Notes: a model not told the origin generated them from the sequence alone. Positions 26,902 to 37,126 are shown, counted from the stretch's first letter. The stretch: DNA of 38,870 nt from Thermodesulfobacteriota bacterium (GCA_039715015.1 JBDLIE010000026.1:1-38870), one strand, 5' to 3'. Made by a program: numbers and translations.

Positions 26902-27735
26902 TCAGATGATGTAGAAAATTGACGGTTTTGTACCGAGAGAAGGCTTGCGCTGAATGGTGAACCGTTTCCTTAATGTCATGGAGACATCGGAATTCGGGTC
27001 ATTCAGGTCACCAAATACCATGGCGCCTTCAACTCCTTTATTGGCCTCTTCAACACAGAGCGGTTCTTTGCCCTGCTTGGTCCGCCATGCACAGAGCGAA
27101 CATTTTTCAACAACACCGCGCATCCTGGATGGGAAGAGGGGGTTGTATTTCTCAATGAAGGGCTTGCCATCTTCAGAACCACGGGGAGAACGCCAGTTAA
27201 AGGAGCGCGCTCCGTAGGGGCAGGCAGCCATACAGAAACGGCAGCCGATGCAGCGATGGAAATCCATCATGACTGCACCCTCTTTGTTTTTGAAGGTTGC
27301 CTTGGTGGGACAGGCCCGTACACAAGGTGGGCTGTCACAATGATTACACAGGGCCAGGATGTTCATGGAGCTGATCCGGTCATCCTTCTTGTAATGGCTG
27401 TGCTCAGGAAAGACGTTGGCGAACTTTTCAGTCCAGATCCACTTGATCTCGTCTTTGCCGTTGTTGAATTTCGGCACGTTATGATAGTCGTGGCAAACCT
27501 TCTGACATTTCTCGGCCAGGCCGGGATTGTCGTGGAATTTGCCGGTATCAATAACAAGACCGTGACGCACGCCAGTGGGGGCCTCTTCGTGGTGGCCACC
27601 GCCATGGGCAGCAGGCTCACCATGTGCAGCTGGGGCGCTGGAGGCCAAGGCCTTGGAGCCCAGCACGGGGGCAGCAACACCGGCGGCAGCTGTAAGGCCG
27701 GCCAGTTTTAGGAATTTTCTTCTTGTATTATCCAT
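26902..27735 (-). CDS. dsrO: DsrO, periplasmic Fe-S protein
   Basis: Tat signal TRRKFLK; CNHCDSPPCVRACP, CIGCRFCMAACPY, EKCSLC. Confidence 0.95.
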   Translation of the reverse strand: MDNTRRKFLKLAGLTAAAGVAAPVLGSKALASSAPAAHGEPAAHGGGHHEEAPTGVRHGLVIDTGKFHDNPGLAEKCQKVCHDYHNVPKFNNGKDEIKWIWTEKFANVFPEHSHYKKDDRISSMNILALCNHCDSPPCVRACPTKATFKNKEGAVMMDFHRCIGCRFCMAACPYGARSFNWRSPRGSEDGKPFIEKYNPLFPSRMRGVVEKCSLCAWRTKQGKEPLCVEEANKGVEGAMVFGDLNDPNSDVSMTLRKRFTIQRKPSLGTKPSIFYII

Positions 27736-28139
27736 TAGATGGCCTCCTTGCCGGCAGCAGGTTCAACCGGGGCAAGATGGCAGTCCCAGCAGTATGGCTT
27801 AACAGAGGCGTATTCGTGACAGGTGTCACAAAATTTCACCTTGCTGGTATGACATTTCATACAGCCGTTCTGCAGGCTTTTTTCTACCTTGAGGCTACCA
27901 TCGGCAGTTTCTACCATTTCACGTTTACCTTCGCGGATAACCTCATCCCGCCACTCATTCAACAGAACCATGTGGCTGGATTGCATGTAGTCAGTCTTTT
28001 TGACACAGGCGGTATATCCTTTGGGTTTTTCCGGTTTTGGCGGCTGATTGTCGCCGGCGGTCATATTGTAACCAACAACGGACAGGGCCAAAACGAGGAA
28101 AATAGCCAATCCGATCAGTACATTACTTTTGTCGTACAT
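27735..28139 (-). CDS. dsrJ: DsrJ, triheme cytochrome c
   Basis: CV....YMQSSHM.LL.EWRD.V.R; three CxxCH motifs (CMKCH, CDTCH, CWDCH). Confidence 0.95.
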   Translation of the reverse strand: MYDKSNVLIGLAIFLVLALSVVGYNMTAGDNQPPKPEKPKGYTACVKKTDYMQSSHMVLLNEWRDEVIREGKREMVETADGSLKVEKSLQNGCMKCHTSKVKFCDTCHEYASVKPYCWDCHLAPVEPAAGKEAI

Positions 28140-28143
28140 TTGA

Positions 28144-29808
28144 TTAGCCCTCCGTTTCCGCAGTTACCAGTTCTTCAAAGCGCAGGCCTTGATCCCTGTT
28201 TTCAATTTCACCATCCATAACCAGTGCATTACCGACAAGCTCAGAAAGACCGATGACGTCAACATCTGTTGTCCGCATTGGATCGTCAGATGTATTAGGC
28301 AGCCAGTATTCCATAAGGGGCTGGAGGGTGGCGCGGTCAATGGCGCAGACATTGGCCAGAGCGTTAACACCGAACCTCTGGTTGACATCCTGAACGGCAT
28401 TTGCACGAGGCAGACCGGAACGCATACGAAGTTCCATAATCTCACCGGTATTCAGACCGGTGCCGGAACCGCAGCAATAGGTCTTCTCGCGGATACAGTT
28501 CTCATTCATCTCATGCCACTTGGGTACGACACGGTCGAGGATGTAACGGGGCTCATCCAGGAGACCCATGGCCCGAGCCGGGTTGCAGGAATCATGGAAG
28601 GTGGGGACGCGGTGGGCATTACGCTGAGGATCGAGCTTGAGCTTATTGTGCTTGAGCAGGTCAGCGGTGAACTCGGAGATATGGACCATCTTGGTGGACT
28701 TGGCATTTTCAAATACCGTGCCGGTGATGGGGCTCTTGGGGACTTCCATGAAGTCCGTCGGGCCGTTCATGGTGTCCATATACTGATGGAGCACACGCCA
28801 CATATGGCCACACTCACCACCCAAGATCCATTTGACACCCAGACGCTTGGCCTCGGCATACATCTTGGCGTTCAGCTTCTTCATCATCTCATTGTTGGTG
28901 AAGAGTCCGAAGTTACCACCCTCTGAGGCATAGGTGCTGAGGGTGTAGTCCAGTCCGATATGCTCAAAGAGAAGCAGGTAGCCCATGAAGGTGTAAATGC
29001 CGGGTTCGGCAAAGACGTCAGCAGATGGAGTAATAAAGAGAACCTCGGCGCCCTTCCTGTTAAAGGTGGGGTTAATGTCGATGCCGGTGATTTCCTTAAC
29101 GTCATCCACCAGGTAGCCGATATTTTCTTTAAAGGTATGGGGCTGGAGACCCATATGGTTACCGGTGCGGTTTGAGTTGGCAGCCGGCTCCAGGATCCAG
29201 TTAATACCTACACCCACCAGATGGAGGAGCTCGCGCATCATCATGGTGACTTCCGCGGTGTCAATACCGTAGGGGCAGAACACGGAGCAGCGGCGGCACT
29301 CAGTACACTGGTATGAGTACATGAACCATTCCTTGAGGACCTTAACGGTCATGGGACGGTTGCCCTGCATCTTTGCCAGAATCTTGCGGCCAACAGAGTA
29401 CTCGTTCCGGTAAACGGAGCGCAGCAGCTCGGCGCGCAGAACAGGCATGTTCTTAGGGTCACCAGTGCCGAGGAAGAAGTGGCATTTATCCGCACAGGCA
29501 CCGCAACGTACACAGATGTCCATGAAAACCTTGAGGGAGCGGAACTTGTCCAGTCTCTCTTTAAGGCCTTTAAGGATGATGTCTTCCCAGCCTTCCGGCA
29601 GCTTCCAGTCATCCTCATCCGGGGACCAGACGCGTGAGTTGGGGAATTTATGATAGTCGACTATCTCTGGCTTGGCCGGATAGGCGAAATTACCTTCCTT
29701 GAATTCAGTGAAGGTGTCCAGCCAGTCCTTTTTAGGAATGGCGCCTGTCAACATGTTAGGCTCTGTAGCAACAGCAACCCTCAGATCTTCTACTTTTGGA
29801 ATAGCCAT
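28144..29808 (-). CDS. dsrK: DsrK, HdrD-like catalytic Fe-S subunit
   Basis: CVRCGACADKC, CTECRRCSVFCPYGID, GECGH, HDSCN, CCGSG, CAID. Confidence 0.97.
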   Translation of the reverse strand: MAIPKVEDLRVAVATEPNMLTGAIPKKDWLDTFTEFKEGNFAYPAKPEIVDYHKFPNSRVWSPDEDDWKLPEGWEDIILKGLKERLDKFRSLKVFMDICVRCGACADKCHFFLGTGDPKNMPVLRAELLRSVYRNEYSVGRKILAKMQGNRPMTVKVLKEWFMYSYQCTECRRCSVFCPYGIDTAEVTMMMRELLHLVGVGINWILEPAANSNRTGNHMGLQPHTFKENIGYLVDDVKEITGIDINPTFNRKGAEVLFITPSADVFAEPGIYTFMGYLLLFEHIGLDYTLSTYASEGGNFGLFTNNEMMKKLNAKMYAEAKRLGVKWILGGECGHMWRVLHQYMDTMNGPTDFMEVPKSPITGTVFENAKSTKMVHISEFTADLLKHNKLKLDPQRNAHRVPTFHDSCNPARAMGLLDEPRYILDRVVPKWHEMNENCIREKTYCCGSGTGLNTGEIMELRMRSGLPRANAVQDVNQRFGVNALANVCAIDRATLQPLMEYWLPNTSDDPMRTTDVDVIGLSELVGNALVMDGEIENRDQGLRFEELVTAETEG

Positions 29809-30857
29809 TATTCAGTGACCTCCTCTTCAGTTTCAGCTGCTGGCGCCGGAGGAAGTTCCTTCTCTACGGGGATACCGGCGTCAACCATGAACTCACGGAA
29901 CTCATCCTCATAGTCAGCATAGGAATGCGGCTTGATGTTCGGATCGTTCCAGGGGTTGATGTGGCGCTTGGCCCGAGAGTCATTTGCCATATTTCTGGTT
30001 GGGGAGAAGAGGATACCTGCCGCATGGGTAAGCTTGGAGAACGGAAAGTACATCATCAGCGCAGAAACCAGAGTGACGTGGATAAAGAAAATCGGGTGGA
30101 TATTACCCGGGTTGGTCCAGTCTAGGGTAACGAGACCCATGGTCAGCTGCTTAACATCAGTGATGTTAACACGGAAGTAGTGGCGCATGAGCATACCAGT
30201 GGCGCCGATACCGAAGATGAGCAGCAGGGGGAAGTAATCAGTCCCCAGGGAGATATAACGGATTTGCGGCATTACCAGACGTCTGACAAAGAGAGCGGTA
30301 AGGGCTCCCATGAAGATGAGGTCTGACTGATAGAGCACCGGAGCACCAATCTGGACAAATCCGTCAAAATACTCAAGCAGCGCAATGCCAGGAAACACCG
30401 GCTCAGTGAAGAGACGCAGGTGGCGAAGGACAATGGTCAAAAAGGTATAATGGAATAAAATACCAAAGAGCCAGAGCCAGAGGCTGGGACCATAATGGAG
30501 CTTGGGGAGATCCCCGCTTTTAACATCTGCATTGGTGTTGCGAAACAATGACCGGAACAGGAAGATCTCAAGGATCATTCTAACGATGACGTCAGACTTG
30601 GAGTTGGGACAATCGAAACGGTCTTCCTTGATAAAGGGAAGAGATTTCGCCTGTCCGCAGGTGGTAGTAATCTTGAATGGCACCGGGGATTTCGCCCAGT
30701 CAATGACTTTGCGAATCATGCCCACGATGAACACCAAGAAAGCAATGCTGGGCAGGATCACTCCGACCAGCATCTGGGTCCCTTTACCAAGGTATCCCAG
30801 TACCCCTCCTGCCACGATCAGCGCTAAGACTGCGATGATGGGTCTCAGGACTTTCAT
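29808..30857 (-). CDS. dsrM: DsrM, NarI-like b-type cytochrome
   Basis: WAKSPVPFKITTTCGQ, FRSLFRN, FHY...LRHLR, IH..L, YFPFSKLTH, PTRN. Confidence 0.96.
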   Translation of the reverse strand: MKVLRPIIAVLALIVAGGVLGYLGKGTQMLVGVILPSIAFLVFIVGMIRKVIDWAKSPVPFKITTTCGQAKSLPFIKEDRFDCPNSKSDVIVRMILEIFLFRSLFRNTNADVKSGDLPKLHYGPSLWLWLFGILFHYTFLTIVLRHLRLFTEPVFPGIALLEYFDGFVQIGAPVLYQSDLIFMGALTALFVRRLVMPQIRYISLGTDYFPLLLIFGIGATGMLMRHYFRVNITDVKQLTMGLVTLDWTNPGNIHPIFFIHVTLVSALMMYFPFSKLTHAAGILFSPTRNMANDSRAKRHINPWNDPNIKPHSYADYEDEFREFMVDAGIPVEKELPPAPAAETEEEVTE

Positions 30858-30863
30858 TAACCG

Positions 30864-31433
30864 TTACCTCTCTTCATTAGGTTTGGTGTTGGTTGTTCTG
30901 TTGCGAATGCTGTCAGCCATGTCTTCTCTCATAACCTGCGAGGAACATTTGGCATTATCAGTGATGATGTGTCTTCCGGTCTTAAACTCATTCATCCGAA
31001 TCTGATACACCTTCTGTCTGCAGTTACTGAAGATGTCAAACATGGCCAAGGCAGCCGCATCCACTCTGGCACAAAAGGCCAGAAACTCTTTATATAAGCT
31101 ATCCATTCCTTCTTTTTTGCATTCATCTTCAACAAGGGTCTTGAGGTCAAAGACAAAGGACACTGCCGTTGAGGCAGCAATAGGCTGAACAGCACGAACT
31201 TTCAGGAGATCCTCCAGGCCTGGAGTTTCCACCTCGTCGTCGCTATCATCGCACAGTACATCATAAAGTTCGGCCATTCCGATACGAATCTTATGGCCCA
31301 CAGGGTTAGCAAACTGGTCTTTCTGCTTTTTGAAAATGCGAATGGTATCCTTCTGATACTCTCCCAGGATGATGTCCTCCCAACAGCCCAGAAGATAATC
31401 GCGTTTTTTTGTCAGCAGCTCTTGAAGCGTCAT
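30864..31433 (-). CDS. dsrT: DsrT (RsbRD N-terminal domain protein)
   Basis: KDQFANPVG, KVRAVQ...S.AVSFVFDLK, AMFDIF..CR; directly upstream of dsrM. Confidence 0.88.
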   Translation of the reverse strand: MTLQELLTKKRDYLLGCWEDIILGEYQKDTIRIFKKQKDQFANPVGHKIRIGMAELYDVLCDDSDDEVETPGLEDLLKVRAVQPIAASTAVSFVFDLKTLVEDECKKEGMDSLYKEFLAFCARVDAAALAMFDIFSNCRQKVYQIRMNEFKTGRHIITDNAKCSSQVMREDMADSIRNRTTNTKPNEER

Positions 31434-31950
31434 TCCGTGTTTTTTCCTTACAAGCGCTCTACGACGGCATTAAAATGCCAGTCCCACACAGGTCAAAAAA
31501 GATGAATAGGTATTCATATAATAGCCGGAATGGTTAGCATGTTTGGGGTGATTGTTCAATGAAAATTGTTACCTGTAAGGGGCAATTTCCCATAAAGATT
31601 GACTTTTGTCTTGTCCTGTGTGGCCATACACCACCGGTGGTGGGCTGAAATGACGTCCTTCTTTTTTGAAGTGGAGAGGTGGGCCGAACAAATGGCAGCT
31701 GAAATGGTGGAGCTCAGTTGGGGAACGATTCTAATGACCAGCATGCCTGTTGCTTTGGGGGCTGGGCGCTTCTGATGCCAGGGGTGCCTGGAGTGGTAGG
31801 GCTGGTAATAACTTTAAAGGATGTTTTGAGGTCCCCGGGAGAGGCGCTCTGCCGCTATAAAGCTGGTGCTGCTCATGTCGTTCGAATTGGCAGGTATATG
31901 GGCCCAAACATTGATCATCATGGCACATGGTTGCATGAACGGCCTGATCT

Positions 31951-32011
31951 GCAGGAGCCCGGCCCTGCGGGCGCTAAGAGAAGACTTCGAATGCCCTTGG
32001 GGTGCTCCTGC
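31951..32011. repeat. Degenerate REP doublet
   Basis: gcaggagcccggccctgcgggcgct ... ggggtgctcctgc; left arm closely matches the REPs flanking the RAYT gene. Confidence 0.7.
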
Positions 32012-32049
32012 GGCACCGTGCCTGGAAAATGGCTGAAGATGAATGGTAA

Positions 32050-34503
32050 TCAGGTTGCCAATTGATTGAGGAGTTCTGCCAGGAGAAATTTTAATTTTTT
32101 ACAATGATCACGGATGGTCTCTTTATTATTTTCGCCCTCCATGGCAAAGCAGAGGTGGAGGGTCTGGTGCTGTAATGCTGCAATCCCAAGGCCTGCCGCC
32201 AATTTTTTTATGGCCTGGCAAGTCTCATCTATCTGTTTGCAGTTATTTTTGCCACATGCCATGTCCAGCTCGGCAAGATGATGTGGAATAGCAGTCCGGG
32301 CTTTGAGAATGATTTCTTTGAGCTTTTGCTGATTGCCGCCAAGGCGCTTGAGAAGGCGTTCAGGAGAAAATAGCAGTTTGTCCCGTTGGATTTTGTCCTG
32401 GCTAGGGACATTGGAAAGCCATTTTTTCAGGCATTCGGCTAGAGAGTCGGGGCGCAGAGGTTTGGTTAAATAATCAGCCATGCCGGCATCCAGATATTTT
32501 TGATGGGCGCCTTCGGAAATATCGCCAGTTATGGCAATGATAGGAATGCGGCTTTTTTTCTGTCTGTCAGTTTCTGGCGATGTGGCCCAGCTTTTGATGG
32601 TGGCGGTGGCTTCAAGGCCATCCATTTCCGGCATCTGGACATCCATCAAAATCAGGTCGTATGAATTTACGTGCAGGCGCTCAAGGCATTCCTTGCCATT
32701 GTGGGCAACATGGGCCAGGCAGCCAAATGATTCTAGGATGGCCTGGGCCACAACAAGGTTGGTGCTGTCATCATCTGCCACGAGAATCTGCTTTCCCGCA
32801 ACTTCAAAAGAAGGTTGTTCAGGGGGGCTGACTTTGCCCTCTTGATAAATAAGTGAGCGATCCTTTGAGGCAGGGATGGCCTCCTCAGCATAGTCTGATA
32901 TGCCGAATGTGGCGGTGAACCAGAAGGTTGAACCTTCATTCTCGGTACTTTCTACCTCTATTGTGCCCCCCATGAGCTCAATGAGCTGCCTGCTTATTGA
33001 AAGCCCCAGGCCCGTTCCTCCAAATTTCCTGGTTGTGGAGGTGTCACCCTGGGTGAAAGGTGCAAAAAGGCTTTGTAATTGATCTTTGGGGATACCGATT
33101 CCTGTGTCGCTGATTGAGAAGCGAATGGTGACAGCCTCTGCGGTGTTGCTCGTAACCTCAAGGCGGAGAGCCACCTCGCCTGATTCCGTGAATTTTATGG
33201 CGTTGCCGGCGAGGTTTAAAAGGACCTGTCTAAGCCGGCTGGCATCGCCCTGGAGCCATTCCGGGACAGAGGGGTCGGTGAGTGTGAAAAAAACAAGCCC
33301 CTTGTCGTGGGCCCGAATGGTAAGAAGTTCACTGATCTCGTCCATGAGCTTACGGGGTTCAAGATCACCGGCCTCAAGCTCCAATTTGTCCGTTTCGATT
33401 TTTGAGAAATCGAGGATGTCATTAAGGATGGTCAGCAGTGTTTCAGCACTGTGGCGGATAGTTGAGAGATAGCGCCGCTGGCTATCGTTCAGCGAGGTGT
33501 CAAGGACCAGGTTGCTCATGCCTATGATGCCGTTCATGGGGGTGCGCAGCTCATGACTCATCATGGAGAGGAACGCACTCTTGGTGCGCTTGGCTTTGTC
33601 GGCCTCCTCCATAGTGCTCAAAAGCTCATGTTGGGCATCTTTTTTTTGTTCGATTTTAAAAAGTAGCTGCTTGTTTGCCTTTTGCAGAATGTCAGTTTTT
33701 TTCTCCACTGCCTCTTCAAGGCGCTTATGCTGACCTTCCAGCTGTTGGGCCACTAAATTCATGGCTTTGGCAAGTTTACCAAATTCATCATTCTGGGGGA
33801 TGTCCAGCCTCTGCGAAAAATCGCCAGCAGCCATTTTGTTGGCCAGGACCACGGCTTTTTTGAGAGGCCAAATGGTGGATGTTGACAGGATGTAGGAAAC
33901 AAGAACCGCTGAAATGATAATAACGGCAACAAAAATCAACAGACTGGTCTTGTTGTTTTGCTGTGATAGGCTGCTGGTTTTTTGCAGTTCATCCCCTACG
34001 GCCTGAGACATGGTATTGGCGAAAAAGGTGAGTGAGGTGAGCAGGCTACGGCCTTGGCGAGCTATTTCAGCCCCCTTTTTCAGGGTGCTTTCATCCGCCT
34101 TGGATGCAAGAATGTCTTGGTAAAGAGTGGCGGACTCTTGGGTGAAAAGGCCGTGCTCAGTGCGAATTTTTTTGGCCTCTTCTGCCAGGGAGGGGTCTAG
34201 GTCAGGGACCGAGGCAATAAGGTCGAGATTCTGTGCAATGCTTGCCTGAATGGGCTCCGCTGTTTTGAGCCGTTCCGCTTTCGCTGCTAAAAGAGCCTCT
34301 TCAAACTTCTCAAGCTGGGCTTTATAGGCCGAAAGGGTATTTTGGGCCTTCAATGCAGCGGGAAAGAGATGTTCAGCGACCAAGGAGCGCTTGTCCTGGA
34401 TTGATCGCTCTGCCCAGCTTCCCTGGATCGTGACAATGAGATATCCCCCCCAAACAATGGCGACAACAAGCCATACTTTTTGAGAGATGCTGAGATTTTT
34501 CAT
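32050..34503 (-). CDS. Membrane hybrid histidine kinase: 2TM - HAMP - HisKA - HATPase - REC - Hpt-like
   Basis: FLSMMSHELRTPMNG, NLAGNAIKFT, DTGIGI, FTQGD.STTRKFGGTGLGL, receiver ADDD/MDVQMP/TKP, helical C-terminal tail. Confidence 0.93.
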   Translation of the reverse strand: MKNLSISQKVWLVVAIVWGGYLIVTIQGSWAERSIQDKRSLVAEHLFPAALKAQNTLSAYKAQLEKFEEALLAAKAERLKTAEPIQASIAQNLDLIASVPDLDPSLAEEAKKIRTEHGLFTQESATLYQDILASKADESTLKKGAEIARQGRSLLTSLTFFANTMSQAVGDELQKTSSLSQQNNKTSLLIFVAVIIISAVLVSYILSTSTIWPLKKAVVLANKMAAGDFSQRLDIPQNDEFGKLAKAMNLVAQQLEGQHKRLEEAVEKKTDILQKANKQLLFKIEQKKDAQHELLSTMEEADKAKRTKSAFLSMMSHELRTPMNGIIGMSNLVLDTSLNDSQRRYLSTIRHSAETLLTILNDILDFSKIETDKLELEAGDLEPRKLMDEISELLTIRAHDKGLVFFTLTDPSVPEWLQGDASRLRQVLLNLAGNAIKFTESGEVALRLEVTSNTAEAVTIRFSISDTGIGIPKDQLQSLFAPFTQGDTSTTRKFGGTGLGLSISRQLIELMGGTIEVESTENEGSTFWFTATFGISDYAEEAIPASKDRSLIYQEGKVSPPEQPSFEVAGKQILVADDDSTNLVVAQAILESFGCLAHVAHNGKECLERLHVNSYDLILMDVQMPEMDGLEATATIKSWATSPETDRQKKSRIPIIAITGDISEGAHQKYLDAGMADYLTKPLRPDSLAECLKKWLSNVPSQDKIQRDKLLFSPERLLKRLGGNQQKLKEIILKARTAIPHHLAELDMACGKNNCKQIDETCQAIKKLAAGLGIAALQHQTLHLCFAMEGENNKETIRDHCKKLKFLLAELLNQLAT

Positions 34504-34638
34504 AGTTAGAGTGTTTGTTTCCCGCTAACAAAGGGCGTGAAGCAGCAGGGCAGCAGATCCAGGAGTCCTGTAATTACCATCGAACTTCAGCCAGTCATTG
34601 ATCATCATGGCGCAGGGCTGCATGAAGAGTTTTGATTT

Positions 34639-34719
34639 GTAGGAGCCCGGCCCCCCGGGCGATAAGAGCCGATCTATGCTCAAGCCTCCACCTTATCGCC
34701 CGGAGGGCCGGGCTCCTAC
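34639..34719. repeat. REP doublet (REPIN), 81 bp
   Basis: gtaggagcccggccccccgggcgat-N31-atcgcccggagggccgggctcctac; 25-bp arms with 1 mismatch and GTAG feet. Confidence 0.9.
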
Positions 34720-34838
34720 AGCAGCGCTTTTTTTAAAATAATTGAAGTGTCTTTGGTGATCAAATTTATTTTAGCATCGGTCCCCGCCAAGGGGAAGGAT
34801 TAGTTGTCACAAGCATGACAGCGGTGTAGGGTGGTGCC

Positions 34839-37019
34839 ATGAGTATTGCAGCTACAACCAGCCTGCCGGAAACCCTCAAAAACATATTTGGTTTCACCTC
34901 CTTTAGGGCCAACCAGGAGGCCATTATTAAGGCCGTTCTGGCTGGGGATGATGTCTTTGCCGTTATGCCCACCGGCGGCGGCAAGTCCCTCTGTTACCAG
35001 CTCCCGGCCCTGCTTTTAGAAGGGGTCTGTCTTGTTGTCAGTCCTCTTATCTCGTTGATGAAGGACCAGGTGGACCATGCCCTGAGCGTCGGCATTAAAG
35101 CTGGATATCTCAACAGCTCCCTTCCGGCCGGTCAGCGCCGTGAGGTGGAACAACGCTTTGGCGCAGGAGATTATGACCTCCTCTACCTGGCCCCGGAACG
35201 TCTGTCCGCGGCTGGTTTCCCGGAATTATTACAAAATGCCCCCATTTCCTTTGTGGCTGTGGATGAAGCCCATTGTTTGTCGGAATGGGGCCATGATTTT
35301 CGGCCTGATTACCTCTCCCTTTCTTCCTTAAAAGACCTCCTGCCCCAGGTGGCCATAGCCGCCTTTACGGCCACGGCAACCCAGAAGGTTGAAGATGATA
35401 TCATTAAGCGCCTTCGCCTCCATGCTCCTTACCTGGTAAGGGCCTCCTTTGATCGTCCGAATCTCTTCTACAAAGTGGAGGCAAGGGAAAATGTTTTAAG
35501 ACAGATTGGCCGTGAGGTGGGGCGTCATCCGGGCCAAGCGGGGATCATCTATCGCCTCAGCCGTCAGGATGTGGAAAAAACAGCCCTCTATCTGCACGAG
35601 ATGGGCGTGGAGGCCCGTCCGTACCACGCCGGACTCAGCAGCGAGCAGCGCCATGCCAACCAAGAGGCCTTTAACCGTGATGAGATCCAGGTCATTGTCG
35701 CCACCGTGGCCTTTGGCATGGGGATTGATAAGTCCAATGTCCGTTACGTTATCCATGGCGACCTGCCGAAAAATATCGATGGCTATTATCAGGAGACAGG
35801 CCGGGCCGGCCGCGACGGCGAACCAGCCCATTGCCTGCTGTTTTACAGCCGCAGCGATATGGTGCGGCTGGGCAATTTCATCAATCAGTTAGAAGACCGG
35901 CGCGAGCAGAGTGCCGGCTGGCAGAAGCTCGGTCAGATGGCTGATTTTGCCGAAAAGCATAGCTGCCGCCGCCGTCAGCTCCTTGGCTATTTTGGTGAGG
36001 AGTATGGCCGCGATAATTGCGAGGCCTGCGATGTCTGCCTGCAGGGGGTTGAAGAGGTGGATGCCACCACCGAGGCCCAGATGGTGATGTCGGCAATCTA
36101 CCGCACCGGCGGACGCTTCGGCGCCGGTCATATCATTGATATTGTTGTGGGGGCGAAGACCAAGAGATTAAAGGAGTTGGGGCACATCAACCTAAAAACC
36201 CATGGCGTTGGCAAACACCTTTCTAAACCCTACTGGCGGCGTTTGGTTGACGCCCTGCTTGCCGCCCAATGTTTGCAGGCAAGCGGGGAGCGGTTCCCCA
36301 TCCTTGAGATCACCGGCAAGGGGGAGGAGGTGCTCTTTGGCAAAGAGCCCTTTGCCTTCTCCCAGCTTATCATGCCGCCTGAGCAGGATACCACGCCAGA
36401 AGCTGGAGCAGGCAAGGATTATGACCAAGAGCTCTTTGCCGTTTTGCAAGAGGTGCGGCGGAGCCTGGCTGATGAAGAAAAAGTGCCGCCCTATGTGGTT
36501 TTTTCAGATCGCAGCCTGCGGGAGATGTGCCAGTATTTCCCGGAAACCCCTGGACAGATGACCATGATTCATGGCGTTGGCATGGTAAAGCTTGAACGCT
36601 ACGGCACACCATTTCTCAAAGAGGTCAGCCAATGGCTGGCCGATCATCCTGATATCCAGAAAGCAAAATTGCCTACTGCCGCTCCTCCTGTCAAGAAAAA
36701 GGCCAAAAAGGGGAAAAGTGGTGGCAAAACCGTTCTGGCAAGTGGCGCTTTGGCCCAAGAAGGGCTGTGCCTTGCTGAAATTGCTCAGCAGCGTGGTCTG
36801 AAAGAGATAACAGTGGCAGGCCATCTTGAGAGTTTCATGGAGCAAGGAAACAATATTGATCTTGATCTTTTTGTCAGTCAGGGGAAACAAAATATTCTAC
36901 GCCAGGCTTTCAAAGAACACGGCTATGATTTTTTAAGACCGGTGGTGGATGCCTTGGCAGGAGAAGTAAGCTTCGACGAGGCACGCATCATGCGCGGCTA
37001 TCTAAAAAGTCACCCGTAA
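34839..37019 (+). CDS. recQ: ATP-dependent DNA helicase RecQ
   Basis: MPTGGGKSLCYQ, VDEAHCLSEWGHDFRPDY, TATA, YYQETGRAGRDG, Zn site CRR...CEACDVC, RQC and HRDC (PPYVVFSD) domains, C-terminal HTH. Confidence 0.97.
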   Translation: MSIAATTSLPETLKNIFGFTSFRANQEAIIKAVLAGDDVFAVMPTGGGKSLCYQLPALLLEGVCLVVSPLISLMKDQVDHALSVGIKAGYLNSSLPAGQRREVEQRFGAGDYDLLYLAPERLSAAGFPELLQNAPISFVAVDEAHCLSEWGHDFRPDYLSLSSLKDLLPQVAIAAFTATATQKVEDDIIKRLRLHAPYLVRASFDRPNLFYKVEARENVLRQIGREVGRHPGQAGIIYRLSRQDVEKTALYLHEMGVEARPYHAGLSSEQRHANQEAFNRDEIQVIVATVAFGMGIDKSNVRYVIHGDLPKNIDGYYQETGRAGRDGEPAHCLLFYSRSDMVRLGNFINQLEDRREQSAGWQKLGQMADFAEKHSCRRRQLLGYFGEEYGRDNCEACDVCLQGVEEVDATTEAQMVMSAIYRTGGRFGAGHIIDIVVGAKTKRLKELGHINLKTHGVGKHLSKPYWRRLVDALLAAQCLQASGERFPILEITGKGEEVLFGKEPFAFSQLIMPPEQDTTPEAGAGKDYDQELFAVLQEVRRSLADEEKVPPYVVFSDRSLREMCQYFPETPGQMTMIHGVGMVKLERYGTPFLKEVSQWLADHPDIQKAKLPTAAPPVKKKAKKGKSGGKTVLASGALAQEGLCLAEIAQQRGLKEITVAGHLESFMEQGNNIDLDLFVSQGKQNILRQAFKEHGYDFLRPVVDALAGEVSFDEARIMRGYLKSHP

Positions 37020-37020
37020 T

Positions 37021-37101
37021 GTAGGAGCCCGCCCCTGCGGGCGATGATAACGCCTAGATCGGTGGACATGCCACCAATCGCCCGCAGGGGCGGGCTCCTA
37101 C
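37021..37101. repeat. REP doublet (REPIN), 81 bp, upstream of RAYT
   Basis: gtaggagcccgcccctgcgggcgat-N31-atcgcccgcaggggcgggctcctac; perfect 25-bp inverted arms. Confidence 0.92.
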
Positions 37102-37126
37102 AGGGATTATTAGTTATAAATAAAGC

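Noticed and set aside
22408..28926. Long antisense ORFs (e.g. 22408-23100, 23349-24005, 28189-28926)
   Set aside because: They are shadows of well-supported genes on the opposite strand and show no family motifs.
31921..31935. Sigma54 promoter-like TGGCAC...TTGCA
   Set aside because: GG-to-GC spacing is 9 nt rather than the required 10, and it points toward no credible + strand gene.
31556..32065. Short ORFs in the dsrT-kinase intergenic region (31556-31744, 31718-32065, 31731-31928)
   Set aside because: No recognisable motifs or RBS, and one runs through a REP element; likely spurious.
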